The notes: generated by a model from the sequence alone, not told the origin. A stretch of DNA of 64,000 bases from Vicugna vicugna (GCA_013265495.1 MU058221.1:4342001-4406000); one strand, 5' to 3'; positions 48,531 through 62,060 are shown, numbered from the stretch's first letter. Made by a program: numbers and translations.

Positions 48531-50287
48531 TGGAGGAGTTAACGTCAATAAAATTGACTTCTCCTGGGGAGGAGTCTCTTTGAGTCTCTTACAATGTACT
48601 CTGGCTACTTATGTTTTCAGTTCTCAGAGCTTTTGCCAGTCCCAGGTCTATAAACCAAAACTGACTCTGTTTGTAGCCTGTGTGATGCTCCTTGTCATTC
48701 TGATACCTTTTTTAAGGTATAGCATAAGAGTGATGGAAAAAAAAATCAGTGTCCTATTTCCTTCTCTGGGATAGATTCATTATTTCTATTTACAGTGAGG
48801 CTTATAAAAGAAAGAATCCTTGACTGCCTTTCACACAATATAAGGATGAAATTACAAACCTTAAGCAAAATGAGTAGGCATGCCCCACTCCAAGGATTTT
48901 GGATGTAGGATCTGGGGTTAATAACAAACGGAAAACTCACCCATGCACGTCCCACACACCTAAGGGCATGTTCCTTTCCCTTTCCACAAACAGAAGATGA
49001 GAGACTGGAGGAGCTAATGGGTTATTAAAGCAATACCTCCTGGCCATGTTTAAGTGACTGGACAAAGAAATTTTTCTTCAGAAACCAGTAATCTGTCAGG
49101 CTTAGAAGTCACTGTCTTAGGCTAAACCACCACTTTCCTGAAAAAGGATTATGATTTAAGGAGCAGCACTAGAGATATCCATCCTTGATGTAAAAAAAAA
49201 AATGTAGAGATCCCAATATTTTTAAATTTAATCAAATTCATAACAGTGGTCAGATGGCAAGTTACTGTGACAAGCAAATGAGTACTAAAGATCCCAGGAT
49301 AAAGCTGCATTAGGGAAAACGTGAATCCAGGCAGCAAAAGTTGGGGGTCCTTCCTAAAAGACTCCCTTGCAAGGGTGCATCAGAGGAGGACACAGAGTTC
49401 TCAAGGACCAGGAGGACTGTTCATGGACGCAGACCGTGGACCTTTCAGGGCTCCAGTCTAAGTAACCCTCGCTAGGTTGGAATCACGGCAGCTCCTTTCA
49501 CACTGCCTCCTGTGGCTACTGACAAACGGTCCGAGGACCCCGGAGCACCTGCTAGGAGACAGTAAGCTTCCGGCCATCCTGCACGTGCTCACTGTCAGCC
49601 CTTCCAGTCCTTCGCCCCAACCCTCAGGATGCTGCTAGTATCTGGTCACTGGCCATCACTCATTTGTTTGAGCAAATAATAACAACTTGACATCCTAGAG
49701 AGGGTAAACATTCCACATGTTAACACAGGATTCCTGGCAGCACAGTCTATTACAGCAAAGAAATGAATTTCTAAAGTTAGGATGTTGGGGGGACACCAGA
49801 GCATTTCTCTGTTGCTCCTACGTCACATTGCAGGGGTTACTTGGGACAACACGGGTCTCCTATTCCGCTTACTTCTTGCAGCTGAATTCCTCACTGTCCC
49901 ATTACAGCTGCTAATTCCACAGGCCCAGCTCCTGAGCACGACCCTGGGTAGAGGCAGCAACCCCGGCTCCAAGGCTGAGCAGCTCCACTTGCCAGGCAAA
50001 AACCATCCACAAAGTGGGGCACTGAGTCGGACTGATGGAGCAACGGGAACCCAGAGGACCACTCAGCATGCAGATGAGGTCCGTTGGCTTTTTCATCCGC
50101 AACAGGGCAAAGCACTCAGAACTCCTCTAGTTTCTCTCTCAACGCCTAGCAGACATTTACCTGAGCCTTAATCTACAAAAAATATTCGCAAGACTAACAC
50201 TAACTGGCAGGTCACTGTTAATTTTAGCTTATAGTTGCCAGGGAAAGATAAACCACGTACCACTGTAACTTTAAAGTCAATATCAGG

Positions 50288-50413
50288 GGGAGGGTATAGC
50301 TCAAGTGGTAGAGTGCATGCTTAGCATGCACAGGGTCCTGGGTTCAATCCCCAGTACCTCCTCTAAAAATATAAACACACTTAATTACCTCCTCCTGTCA
50401 TAAATAAATAAAT
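50288..50413 (+). mobile_element. tRNA-derived SINE, Vic-1-like, with perfect 14-bp TSD
   Basis: GGGAGGGTATAGCTCAAGTGGTAGAGTGCATGCTTAGCATGCACAGGGTCCTGGGTTCAATCCCCAGTACCTCC (intact A and B boxes, tRNA-Ala-like head); TSD AAGTCAATATCAGG at 50274-50287 and 50414-50427. Confidence 0.95.
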
Positions 50414-51529
50414 AAGTCAATATCAGGAAGTTCAGCGACCAGTTCTCACATCAGTCATCCCTTGGTACCCCTGTTAATGCCAGAATGCGGGGTTGGCAGG
50501 ACCACGGAGTTAACCAGGGTGCTCATTCTGCAGGTGTGTTCATCCCACAGGGAAGAGCAAAATGGCTCAAAACTTCAAAGCAGTGAAAGGGCAGACCACT
50601 CAGGAAAGAAGGGGGTAAATTGATGAACGAGATAACTTTGGTTGAATCCAGTACTCATTATGTGTACTCAAAGAGAGTCTTTGTACCCTCTAGAGTGGAC
50701 AGTAATCTGTTAGGCAGGCAAAAAAACAAGTTATAGGAGGCAGGAGGGTTCGTTGCAAGAATTTTGGATGAATTCATATACCATAAGGCAGTATTGCATT
50801 TTTAGCACCTTTCTCAAGAGGAAAAAGAAGAGAAACATTCTGGAGCTCTATATCAAGGGAGTTGAGGAAGACTGAATTATAATAAATGAATTTACATGAG
50901 GAATCATTTTTTATCGAACATGAATGCTTAAGATGAAAGAGTAAGACATTATGCAACCACAGAGAGCTAACCCTCTTTAAAATAATCCTGTTAGAATGGG
51001 AATTTTAGGACTTCATGATTTATGAATGTCACCAGTCCCTGGCCTGTCACCTGTACCTTCCAGCCATGCCAGTCGATTGAGAAGAAGGAACTGCTCACTC
51101 CCAAGTGTGTCTGAATTTACATTTCATCTGCTCTCCCATTCCAAGTCCAGCTGCACGGGCAGGAAAGACTGTCACCCTGAAATACACTTCAAGGGCCAGG
51201 TGAGTTCTGCAGGAGGCCGTGGCCTACGAGGTGTGATTTGAACAGTGCTCACAGGGCTCCCCATCACCACAGCCACTGGCAGACCGCCCCACAGGCTGAC
51301 ACAGAACCTGGAGTGGCGTCCTTCCTTTAGTTTAATTCTAGCATTGTCTCTACACGTTCTTCGTTGACATGCACAAAGATCCTCATCTGGTGCAGTCAAG
51401 TCATATATTAAACCAATAGTCCCCACAAAAATCAGTCATTGATCGGTCCCTAAATAGGCACCTGGAAGATTATGACAAGGAAAATGCAAGTTTTCATTGT
51501 GGAAGGAGATATTGGTAAAAGTCTCAAAA

Positions 51530-51702
51530 GATGCTCCTCAAACTTGGCTGACTGTCACAGTCCCCTGTAGGACTTGTTCAAAACACAGAATCCTATACTC
51601 GATGCAGTGCTGATTCATTAGCTCTGGAGCGGGTGGAAGCAATATGCATTCCAGCAGGTGTCCCAGATGGTCCTGATGACCAGCACGGTTTAGGATCCCC
51701 TG
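51530..51702. mobile_element. MER5-type hAT DNA transposon
   Basis: CTCAAACTTGGCTGA...CTTGTTCAAAACACAGAATCCT...TGATTCATTAGCTCTGGAG...TGCATTCCAGCAGGTGTCCCAGATGGTCCTGATG. Confidence 0.75.
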
Positions 51703-54002
51703 GAGGTCAGTCCTGGGAGGGTCTCAGCAGTGGGGAGCCCTCCGCAGCCATCAGGCAGCACCTGGGCAGTGGGCTCCCTGGAAAACCGGTCACTCCCCTC
51801 CTCTCCCTTACGGTAGGGTCAGGGCACAAACACAAAGAACTAAAGATAAATAGCAGCCTCATAAATGGAAGTCTGAAGTGCAAAATAAAGCCCATTCTTG
51901 AGCCTGATCAGCAAACTGGAGGCCAAGAGCAACGCGAGTGATGGGCACACGCTGTCTTTTCAATGCATTAGCCTCCTCCCCTAGGTGATGAGGTCCAAGC
52001 GAAGTTAGCCTCCCACCAACCTCACCCATCAAAGCAGTCCTTCTTCTTCCCGGGCAAAGGAGTGAGTGAAGAGGTTACAGGAAGAGACAGAAATGCCACT
52101 CCAATCCCACCCCCATTACCCAGAGAGGAAAGTGGATGTCTCCTTCTAGAAAGATGTGAATTAACAAAGTATGTCTTTTCTAACAGAGACCATCAGAGTT
52201 TACCTCTAGGATAAGCCCATGGTCCTATCAGCTCAGCACTCTTGATTCCGATGGGCGTAACCAGAGGAAAAACGGGGTGGGCAAGCTTGGCTTTGCCCCT
52301 GTTCGCATCCATCATGTGTAAAGGAGATACATACCAAACGCAGAACAGAACAAAAGTGCAAACAACAAAAACAAAATGAATGTGGAAGATTTACTAGACG
52401 CATTTCATCCAGAAGTTTTAGAAAACGTCCACAGGTGTACTTCAAGCTGCTTCCCCCACCCCCTCAGGATAAAGCCTGATCTTGCCCCCAGGGATGGGGG
52501 GAGGAGGGCGGGGCACCCCTACCTCCTGCACAGGACAAACCCAGTTCCTGCCTGGCAGTGTCAGGCCTGCGCCTTTCTTTCGTGTGATTGTGCCTGAGTC
52601 TCACCAGCACTGTTTTCTGATTCAGTTCGATGTACTTAAGCGGAAGCTGAAACAAAAATCATGTAGCACCAAATGTCAAACCCTGAGACACAGCAGTGGG
52701 AGCGCCGAGTTGCCTGTAAGTACTCGTGGGAATGTTAGTGGCGGGGGACGAGGGTGCTGGATACAGTCACCCAGAGGAAAACCGGGGCGGACTCTGGCAA
52801 GGTCTGAATGTTTGGAAAGTGGATTTGAAGCGATGCAGGAGTCTTTCCTGTTACCCTTCTCCCGGTCCCAGCAATTTCTGAGTGATGGTTTCCTACCGCA
52901 CGTCACTTGAGTGATTGATGGCACTTCCATCTAAACCAAACTGAACATCGCTCATGTTTTAAAAATCAAAAACAAATCTAAACTTCCCAATTCCTTCAAC
53001 AAATGCGAAACTTAAGAGAGGCCTCCAGGTTTCTCTCTCCTCCGTAAGCACCTTCCCCCATCCTTCCTCTTCAAGAGCGCCTATCTAAACCCTCGCTCAG
53101 CACGTCAGTCAATAAACACAGCGTCCCAGGGCACAAGCGAGCCATGCCTTCCGCGAAACGAGGAATCCAGACTGGAGAGTCCAGCATATTTACTCAATAA
53201 AGCTTTCAATTAAAAACCAACAAGAAAGCCCAAGATGAGCTCAAATATTAGAGAAATGAGAAATCTGTCGTGTAGTGAGTTAAATATGTACAATGCAAGA
53301 TGCACCACGTGGCAACTGAATGAAAATCTAAACGCGGAGAGGTGCACCAGAAGCAAATGAATTCAAAAGAAAAAGCATCTACACACAAACACACACAAAA
53401 GGAAAGGAAAGGAAAGGAAAAAAGGTTTGAAAGAAGGGAGGGAGGGGTAATTTGCTTCTGTTCTACTTTCTAATACTCTCTGTTCACAATAATACTTTGA
53501 TGGTTTGACCCTCTGAAGAGATGACCAAATAGAATTTTGATTTGACTCAGGATATATATTAGATGTTTTATATCTTTGGATTTTGAATATATTTCAGTCC
53601 AGGTCCCATCCAAATGGTTCCCTGGTTGCTTAAAACAGAAAACAAACAAACAAACAAGAAAAGGTTTTATTTCTCTAGGAGAAAAATTAGATATTTTGAG
53701 TTCATTTATACATTCAACAAATTAATATAGAAGCTAGTTCAAGGGTTCAAAATGTAACCCACATTTTCATGTAAGATCAACTTCCATATAAGATTTAAAA
53801 CTTAGAAAATTGTGACCATATGTTATGCATGTTTCATTTCTCAGCCAACCATTAGCTTCATATGATGGCCACACACCAATTTATAGTAGACAGTAGGTCA
53901 CTTTTTATTTCTCCACATAAAAGTCACATGACCTTTTTTACCACAATGTTTTATTTATACCTCTCAGTTATGATACACAACACGGGATTGTATCATATCC
54001 AA

Positions 54003-54056
54003 GAACGTTTTGTAACACATGAACGTTTTGTAACACATGAACGTTTTGTAACACAT
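54003..54056 (+). repeat. Perfect 18-bp tandem repeat x3
   Basis: GAACGTTTTGTAACACAT x3 with no mismatches. Confidence 0.97.
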
Positions 54057-54940
54057 GTAGGTAGGAGCTGACGGTTGAACATATTTCTCTTCCAAAATCC
54101 TCACTTCACTACTTTTTCAGTTGTAGCTCCATAAGAATAGTGTCACGCACCAAATATGCCATATTTCTTCTCACGATGGTCACCTTAATTTACCCCTCAA
54201 ATCCCTGTTTAGGGACCGTAAAGCTAACACAAAGAGTATCATCACTCACCACTGCATTGTAGCAAAGGTAAGATACACAGCTACATTTCTCTCTCTTTTC
54301 TTTTCCTTTTCTCTTAAATTTTTAGACATTGCCAGCAAATAAGCAGCAAAACATAGCATGACACAAAATTCTGAGGTCTAGAAAAATACTCTTCTGAGCA
54401 GAATTCCTCTACAGGTCTATTGTGACGTAGGTCACGGTGTTTTTCTTTCAGGATCCTGGATAGCTTTTCTGTCCTCGGGCACTTATCCTGCCCACACTTT
54501 CCTAGTTTATCAAGGGGAGGATTTACGAAGCTCTGAAAGGCACCGTTAGTGCGTTAGTGCTTGGCTGCGCTCACATACAGCATGGAGGTGGTAGCAGTAA
54601 ACCACGGAGAAAGGGGCAGTTCCTCACAACAGCCCTTCAGGAGGGGAAAAATCAGTCACGGCCCACTCCCTGCTGGATTTCAGCACACACCGCTGCACAG
54701 ATTCAAAAGCACAAGAGCACAGCTCATCACCAGTGACACACATCCGGGGCACGCAGCATGCGGATTGCTCTGAGTTCCTCTGAAGGGATCTTCAGCTCCT
54801 TGTGTCTCTCCCCAAATTCACTGATGAGCTCCTGAACATCTAAAAAGACTACACATCTCCCACGTGGTTACGCCTTTTCCAAGGCAGCATATCCACTCTG
54901 CATATTCCGCACTAAGACTGCATTTTAAGCAGGACATTTT

Positions 54941-55396
54941 TTTTTCTTTTTTTAAAAAATCTGCATTCTTTTTTATTGAAAGATAGTCGGTTTACAATGT
55001 TGTATCAATTTCTGGTGTACAGCATCATGTTTCAGTCATATATACACATACATATATTCCTTTTCAGATTCTTTTTCTTTATAGGTTACTACAAGATGTT
55101 GAATAGAGTTCCCTGTGCTGTACAGTAGAAATGTGTTGTTTACCTATTTTATATATAGTAGTTAGTATCTGCAACTTTCAAACTCCCGATGTATCCCTTC
55201 CCACCCGCTTCCCCTACCCCCGTAACCATAAGTTTGTTTTCTGTGTCTGTGAGTCTGTTTTTGTTTTGTAAATAAGTTCATTTGTGTCTTATTTTTTAGA
55301 TTCCACGTATGAGCGATCCCATACGGTATTTTTCTTTCTCTTTCTGGCTTACTGCACTTAGAAGGACGATCTCCATGTCCACCCGTGTTGCTTCAT
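54941..55396 (-). mobile_element. 5'-truncated L1 3'UTR with 12-bp TSD
   Basis: TTTATTGAAAGATAGTCGGTTTACAATGTTGT...TTAGATTCCACGTATGAGCGAT; TSD GCAGGACATTTT at 54929-54940 and 55397-55408. Confidence 0.95.
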
Positions 55397-55999
55397 GCAG
55401 GACATTTTGGCATAACTCATTTGATGAGGTTGTTTTGATGCTTTAAACACCCAAGATCAAAAGTAAACACGCTATTTTTCTTTATTATTTAAAAAAAGTG
55501 CAATAATTACCCCTGATCCTTACTCCATACTTGAGTCTCACTCTCATTCTTGACACTGGCCCCATTTTTTACCACACACCCTGAGGCTCACTCCACGTGG
55601 ATGTTGGTCTTGCCCAATGATGGAAAATTTTTAAAAGATCAAGTTTAGGGGTGTGTTTTTTTCAGATTATATCAAAATGTTTCCATGGTAAAGTGACTGA
55701 ACCAAACCATCACAGCAACATGTCAAGATAAACATGTTCCTGGATGCGGTTGGGAGTTCAAATCTTGTCTAATGCTGAGCAGGACTGTGCACCACAGCAA
55801 CTCACCCACACCTTTCAGAAAGCTCTCTCTCTCCTGCAGAAGAATTCTGACCGTCCCTTATCAAACCTTACCCACCATTAGTTACATCTCCTAGGGGCCC
55901 AGCACTGTGGTAATACAAGAATACGATTGGAGCCGATACGTGCCTGGTTAGTAGGGAAATACAAAGGCAGGATCACTTTGAATCACCAACTTTGCACTG

Positions 56000-56180
56000 T
56001 GCAAACATTATATATATAACTTACTACGCACATACATAACACATGTAAGGTATTATGGTACTCATTTTACAGATGAGAAAACTGAGGACTGGATATTCAT
56101 ATTCATTGCCATGTTCACTCATTTAAGAAGCAAGAGAGCTAGAATTAAATGCTGCTCTGTCTGATTCTAACACCTTGTCC
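56000..56180 (-). mobile_element. MIR
   Basis: CTCATTTTACAGATGAGAAAACTGAGG...GAGCTAGAATTAAATGCTGCTCTGTCTGATTC. Confidence 0.8.
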
Positions 56181-56464
56181 TTTTGTACTACATCATGCTA
56201 CGTAAGCCATTAATATCCTCCAAGAACATTTGCATTGTATCCAAAGCATTAACATCTTAAAGAACATGAGTGGGCTCCATAATAAATGCAGGCTAAGAGG
56301 AAGAAATGTGTCTCCCCAGAGAGCCAAGACGAACTGCCCATCAGGCCAGGGGTGGGGACGGAATATGAATGACCCTCTATCAGCCTCATTCAGACTTCCC
56401 TCAATCAAGTTCCAACCCGTGGCCCTCTGGTTCGTTCAAAGGTTGAAGGGCAATGAGTCTGAAA

Positions 56465-56975
56465 CTGCTGGCTGACTACCAATAAACTTTCTTCCCTCTT
56501 TCATAGTAATAGAATTCAGGATTTTTTAAAAAAGCTCAGTCCATGTCTGCCTGGCGGTGGGGAAAAAAATAATGTTTCTCAGGCTTGCTTCTTTGCAATT
56601 ATATGGGGCCAGATGGCTATGGTCGGATGAAGTCTAAACAAAAATGATGTGTCCCATCTCCAGGGACCAACTGACATGCCAGGCCAGTTGGCATGTGCCC
56701 CTTGCTCCAGCACTTACTGCTTTCTGTAGACCGGAATGTAAACCTGATGGCTTACACTGTGGCAGCCATCCTGGGCCGTTGGTTGACACCAGGAATAGAA
56801 GGCACAAAAAGAGCCTCAACAGGCTGGCAGGAACCTGGGCTGCTTTGCTCACAATCTGTGGAGTGAAGGCATCAGAGCCCGACTCTCCACATGCCTCCAC
56901 ACCTCCATGTCAGGGAGAAATACACATCTAGCTTGTTTGGTTTGGGTGTCCTTTCCCAGTAGATGAAACTAATGG
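56465..56975 (+). mobile_element. Old MaLR LTR (MLT1H/I/J-like)
   Basis: TTTCTTCCCTCTTTCATAGTAATAGAA...TTTCTCAGGCTTGC...GGCAGCCATCCTG...CAGGGAGAAATACACATCTAGCTTGTTT. Confidence 0.6.
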
Positions 56976-58437
56976 GAGATTGTCCCTAAGTGTTTCCCCA
57001 TTCTTGTGGGCTCTGTGAATAATGACCCAGCCTAAGAAAGGGAGATTTTGTCCAATCAACACTAGCTTTGACTATAAAGATTTTAAGGAACATTAATGAG
57101 AAGGAAATAATTACAAAAATAATGAAATGAAATTACCTCTGTGGCTTTTTTCTCCCATTCTTAATACAACCAGCAGAATCTGAAGACAGTTGTATCATTC
57201 TCTATAACCAATGCATTAGCATAAATAGAACATTCAAGTGTATATAATAATTATTCAATTATAATGATCAAAAGGAAGAGGCTGCTGAAAACCATCTCTG
57301 GTGCCGCATTCCTGCCTAAAAACATCATTACTTTTTTTCAAAAAAGACCCGTCTTGATGCCATTAACGAAATGTGCTATATTCAGAACTGTGTATCTACT
57401 TTCCTTAATAAGAGTGGAAAAAAGTATCACTTTACCTTAAGGGACAGAGAGAGATGGAACACTCCATCATCCCTGAAAGTTTTGTAACTTTGACTGCAGA
57501 CCATTGACTTTAGGGGGATTTAGAAACAGCTCTGGAGGCCTGACCCCAGGGTGAAGGGCAGAAGGTGAAGTTGCCTGGTTGGACCAGATTTAGAGCTTCC
57601 AACGATGATGAAGCTCCATCTGCTGTCTATCTCTGCAGTTATATTTGGAACCAAGCCCAGAGGCCATGGTTCTCTGTCCTCTAGGAATGTTCCCTTGCGT
57701 CAGAAAGATGTTGATTACAAGAAACTGAGAACAATGGACATTTCTGAGACTTCATGAAAGCCTCTGAGATCATGGTCCAGACGGTACAAAATCACCTAGG
57801 CAGCAACACTCGATCGCTATTCCATGCACCGTCTGTTGCAGACATGTGGGGAAGCAAAGTTGTGAGCTGCTCCAGGATTTCCCTGCAGCCAAAAATCTGC
57901 CCACTTCTTCTCTGGGCAGATTTTCAGCTGCTGTAGCCCAATTTAGGGAAGGCATCTGTCGGCACATTTGGCCACACACCTAAATGGGAGCCTCCAGCAC
58001 TCTGAACTAAACAGTGACACTGCTGAGAAAGCAGGACAGAGTCCACAACAATGGGGGCCTTGGGAAAGGCTTGGGAAAGCAACGCAGATTTTCTAGATTG
58101 AAAAAAAAAAAATGTTGGTTCAGCCTTAAATCAGAAACAATCTTATCAACAGAAAGTGCTTCAGTGCTTGCATTTTGGAAAACCAAGCTTCTCAAAGCAA
58201 GATAAGAGGCAGAAAGAGAAAATTCCCCTAGCTGCTCCTTAAAAAGACCTAGAAAACATTTAAATTCAAGATACCTGAACAACTTACCACCACCAATGCG
58301 AATCCAGGGACTCACCAATAATCCCTGTATTTTTAGTCCTCCTACTCTAATGGCCCTGAGTCCCATGAACTCTTAGCAATGTCCTAGCTTGCCTATCCCA
58401 GTTAGAACTGGCTGTGTCAAGGTGCCAGGTGGCTGCT

Positions 58438-58810
58438 ATTTTAGTCAGGGTAGGTTAGTCTCTGCTGCAGTAACAAATAAACCCTATGTCTCAGCTGCTT
58501 AACATAACAGAAGTCCATTTTGCATTCACGGCACTGTCTGATGTGAGATGGGTGGCTCTCCTTGAACCAAAACTTAGAGACCAAGTCAGCTTCCATCTTG
58601 TGATTCTGCCAACTTGTGATATTTTTGGAAGACCAGCCCACAGGTGGTGGGGAAGAGGGCATAGGGCAGGCACAGTGGCTACTGAACCATTCTCAGCCTG
58701 GATGTGACGCCTGAGTGGCCAGAGCTAGTCATGTGCCCATCCTGACTGCAAGGGAGTATGGGAAATATAGAGGACCGCATGGTTTCACTGAGCATCAGCA
58801 GTGTCCACTA
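58438..58810 (-). mobile_element. Old MaLR LTR (MLT1K/L-like)
   Basis: TTAGTCAGGGTAGGTTAGTCTCTGCTGCAGTAACAAATAAACCC...GCTTCCATCTTGTGA...TGGCCAGAGCTAGTCATGTG...ACTGCAAGGGAG. Confidence 0.8.
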
Positions 58811-58894
58811 GAGGCGCTAAGTAACCAAATGAATGGGGGCTTAGCCAACAACGGTTCTGCAAAAGGTTTTCTTAAAGGACCCTGTAAGAGATAG

Positions 58895-58985
58895 ACAGGC
58901 AGTCAGACAAAGAAAGAAGGAAAGAAAGAGAGAGACAGAGATAGAGACAGAGGAAGGAAGGGAGAAAGAAAAAGAAAGAGAAGTA
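58895..58985. repeat. GA-rich low-complexity tract
   Basis: Seen directly. Confidence 0.85.
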
Positions 58986-59269
58986 CATGAAGAGTCCTCT
59001 TGATACTTTCCATGATAAAACGTTAAGACGTCTGAAAAAAGGACAAAGGACCAACAGAGAAGGTGAAAATGGCTGAAACACAGGCACTGCAGGTGTGTTT
59101 CAGAGGACGGTGTCCTGAAAAGACCTGAGAGAAAATGACAGTAAAATGAGGATATTGGAAATTGGAAACTGGAAATCATTTACAGGCAGATAGAAACACC
59201 CGGAAGCAGGTTTTAGAAGGGGGGGCACAGAAGAGACAGAGAAGAGAGGAAATTACCTCCTTGACATGG

Positions 59270-59497
59270 TGATCACAGTTAACAACCCTCCACTGTATGT
59301 CTGAAAGTTGCTAAGAGAGTAAATCTTCAAAATTCCCACCACACACACAAATTGTAACTATATAAGGTGATGAATGTATTAACTCACTGTGGTAATCACT
59401 TCGCAATATATGTGTATATCAAATCAAAATCATCACATTGTACACTTTAAACTTACACAGTATTGTATGTCAATTATATCTCAGTAAAGTTGGAAAC
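59270..59497 (+). mobile_element. Old L1 3' end (L1MA/L1MB-like)
   Basis: GAAAGTTGCTAAGAGAGTAAATCTT...ATCATCACATTGTACACTTTAAACTTACACAGT...TATGTCAATTATATCTCAGTAAAGTTGGAAA. Confidence 0.9.
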
Positions 59498-61784
59498 TTT
59501 TTTTTAATTTACAAGAGAAGCTAGAGCATCATGAAAATGATCTTTGCTATAAAATGAGAGGAAACATTTCCCACTTTTCAAAACAAGTTTGGAATGAACC
59601 GTGCTAGAAAAAGGATGTCAAGATTTTCTGTGCGAGGCTTTGGATAAAAATGGAAGAGTGGAAGAGATAAACATGCAAATAGATACACAGATACAAAAAT
59701 ATATAGGTCGATGATAAATAGATCTTGCTAGAGTTAAATATGTCCATTAATACATTTACATATCAATAAATGCATTAAACTCCAGAGAGATTAGGTTCTC
59801 CTCAATTTTCCTAGTTTTGACAACTAAGGATGTAGGTAAGGAAAAAAATAATAATAATAAGATTCTCCACTTCTAAATTCAGAATTTATCCATGTGGGCG
59901 GCGTGGTGCCTGCTAATTTGTGCCACATCACAGACAGGCACTCTGAGCAGAGGGCTCTTTCGGGAAGCCTCCAGCTGAGGGTCAACCAGAGGATGCGACC
60001 TGCCCCAGAAGGGACCACCTGTGCCCAAGGAGCAATTTGGATGTGGACCCCTCATCTGCAACCAGTCATGTTAGCCCTAGGCAAACCAGCTGAACGGTGA
60101 GGATGAGCACAGGAGAGGGTAGTAACCTCGCTCTGTAAGGAAGGACCCCAGCCTCCTCTCTCCTCCAGGCTCCTGATCCAGCTCCAAGCACAGGGGAGAG
60201 AATGGCTTTGATTTCTGCATGAGGATGAAGTTTTAAAATAATCAGCACTGAGTCTCACACAATTTGCTTGAGACTGCTTGGTTAACAAAACGGGTCTGAG
60301 AAATTAGGAAATCAGACTGAGGCCATAAGGAAGCTTATTACCTGGCAGAAAGGTCAGACAGCGCGCACTTGGTAGCAGAAAAACAAAACTACATCCTGTT
60401 TATACCCCCAATGACGTGAGAGTCTTCCCTAAACTTGACACATAGATTATATATTCAGAAATTTCCCTCAATGAGTATAAGCTTTGCCTCTCCTGCTGTC
60501 TCTCAGTATAAATCTATATGTATCTAACTACATCTCTGTAAAATAACTAAAAATGACTTGCATTTGTATGATGTCTTCAATTCCAGTTGGTTCTTTCACC
60601 TTTTTTTTTTTTTTCAATCTTACAACAGTAATTTTGGCAGTTAAAAGGACACAGCTAGAAAATAGATTTTGGGGCTCATTCTCAAATCCCACAAAACTCA
60701 AAGGTGGGGTTTCTGTTTCCATCTCTAGCTGGTTTCCCCTCCCGGACCGTCTTTTAGGGGGAGATGCAACCCAGGGTGTGGCCACGTGCTGTGCATGTCC
60801 CCCGGCTCCGACCCCCTGCCCCGTGTCCTTTCTTCTTTCACTGCTCCTGGGAGTGTTTCACTTCCTATTTTTCTTCCTCACCGTTGCTCTGTCTCCCCCT
60901 ACCCCCATGCCCACTCCTGCTCACTTCAGGTCTTATTCACTCTCATCAGAAAGGAAAACCATCACTGAATCCAAACGCCTGAATCAGTGGTGTCCCCTGC
61001 AGGAAACAGACCAAGCAGAGAAGGAGGACTCAGCACTCAGCAGCGGAAAGACTTGGTTCTCAAGGGAGTATTTCACAGCTGGGGAGAGAACCTCGGGGTT
61101 TTTGGTGGTGTTTCTTCCCGCCCCCGTTCGGTGAGAAGGATAAGCTTAGCAAATCAAAGCTGGTATTTCTTCTTTAGTGTCTGATTCAGGAGATTATACA
61201 TCAGAGGGACGCTCTTGTACAAGGATTATAGCATTACAGAAAAATAATTGGAATGCTTCATCTCTGTGTGTCATAGCTAGTTAAGGTTGCTGTAGGGACT
61301 GGCCAGCTTAATTAGAAAGAGGGAAAATGCTATTTCTCAAGCCCAACCCTCTGATGGTCATCGATATGCCTGTTTATCCTAGTCAATGCTGAGTCTAAAG
61401 ATAAAGCGAAGGAGTGAATTGAAGGAATTAGCCTGAAAAATTTGGCAGCTTCCTACCTCTTAGCCTCCAAAAACTGATCTAGTCAGTCTATGTGGAGAAG
61501 AAGTTGGGTTCTAATGTCCCCATTGCTCTTGGTCCTGTAGCCCAACCAGTCAGACATGGGGAGTCACAGGAAATGGCATGTGTTGTGTGCATGCTCTGAG
61601 TCGGACACTGAACTGGAAATGTTATTAATGTTACATCATTTAATTCTCCTTAAAACCCCATGAGTTTATCTCCATTTTCAGGGAATGGACTGATACTTGG
61701 AATTCGAACCCAGATCAATCTGATCTCATGGGTCTGTGCTTTTTTCAGTTCTATCGCGTACCACCTGGAATGGAAGGTCTTTAC

Positions 61785-62060
61785 CAGTGATAATGGCAGA
61801 GATCGTGCCATAGCCGCCTGGTTTTCTGTCCCTGGGCATCGTCCCACGCCCTTTGTAGTTAAGGTGGGGCCACTGGACCAAGTTCCGGCCAAGGGGAAGG
61901 GAAGTGGAAGGGGCGCTCCACTCCTTGTTGGGGACAGTTAGAGCGGTGTGTCTCCTCCATCTTACACTTCCCTGTGGAAGCCACATGGCAACCACGTGAG
62001 GGAGGCAGAGCCTGGACGACTGACTCGGCAGGTGACCCACCCTGGACGTCCATGAATAAA
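61785..62060 (+). mobile_element. Old MaLR LTR fragment (MLT1J-like)
   Basis: CCCTTTGTAGTTAAGGTGGGGCCACTGGACCAAGTTCCGGCCAAGGGGAAGGGAAGTGGAAG resembles the MLT1J core. Confidence 0.5.

Noticed and set aside
50288..50362. tRNA gene
   Set aside because: The tRNA-like head continues into a SINE body and A-rich tail and is flanked by a 14-bp TSD.
54003..54056. CRISPR-like array
   Set aside because: Repeats are contiguous with no spacers, in a mammalian context.
58803..58820. CTCF site CCACTAGAGGCGC
   Set aside because: One base short of the core spacing and sits on an LTR boundary.
60553..61134. Longest ORF (193 aa) as a gene
   Set aside because: Runs through a poly(T) tract and pyrimidine-rich sequence; no recognisable domain or convincing exon structure.
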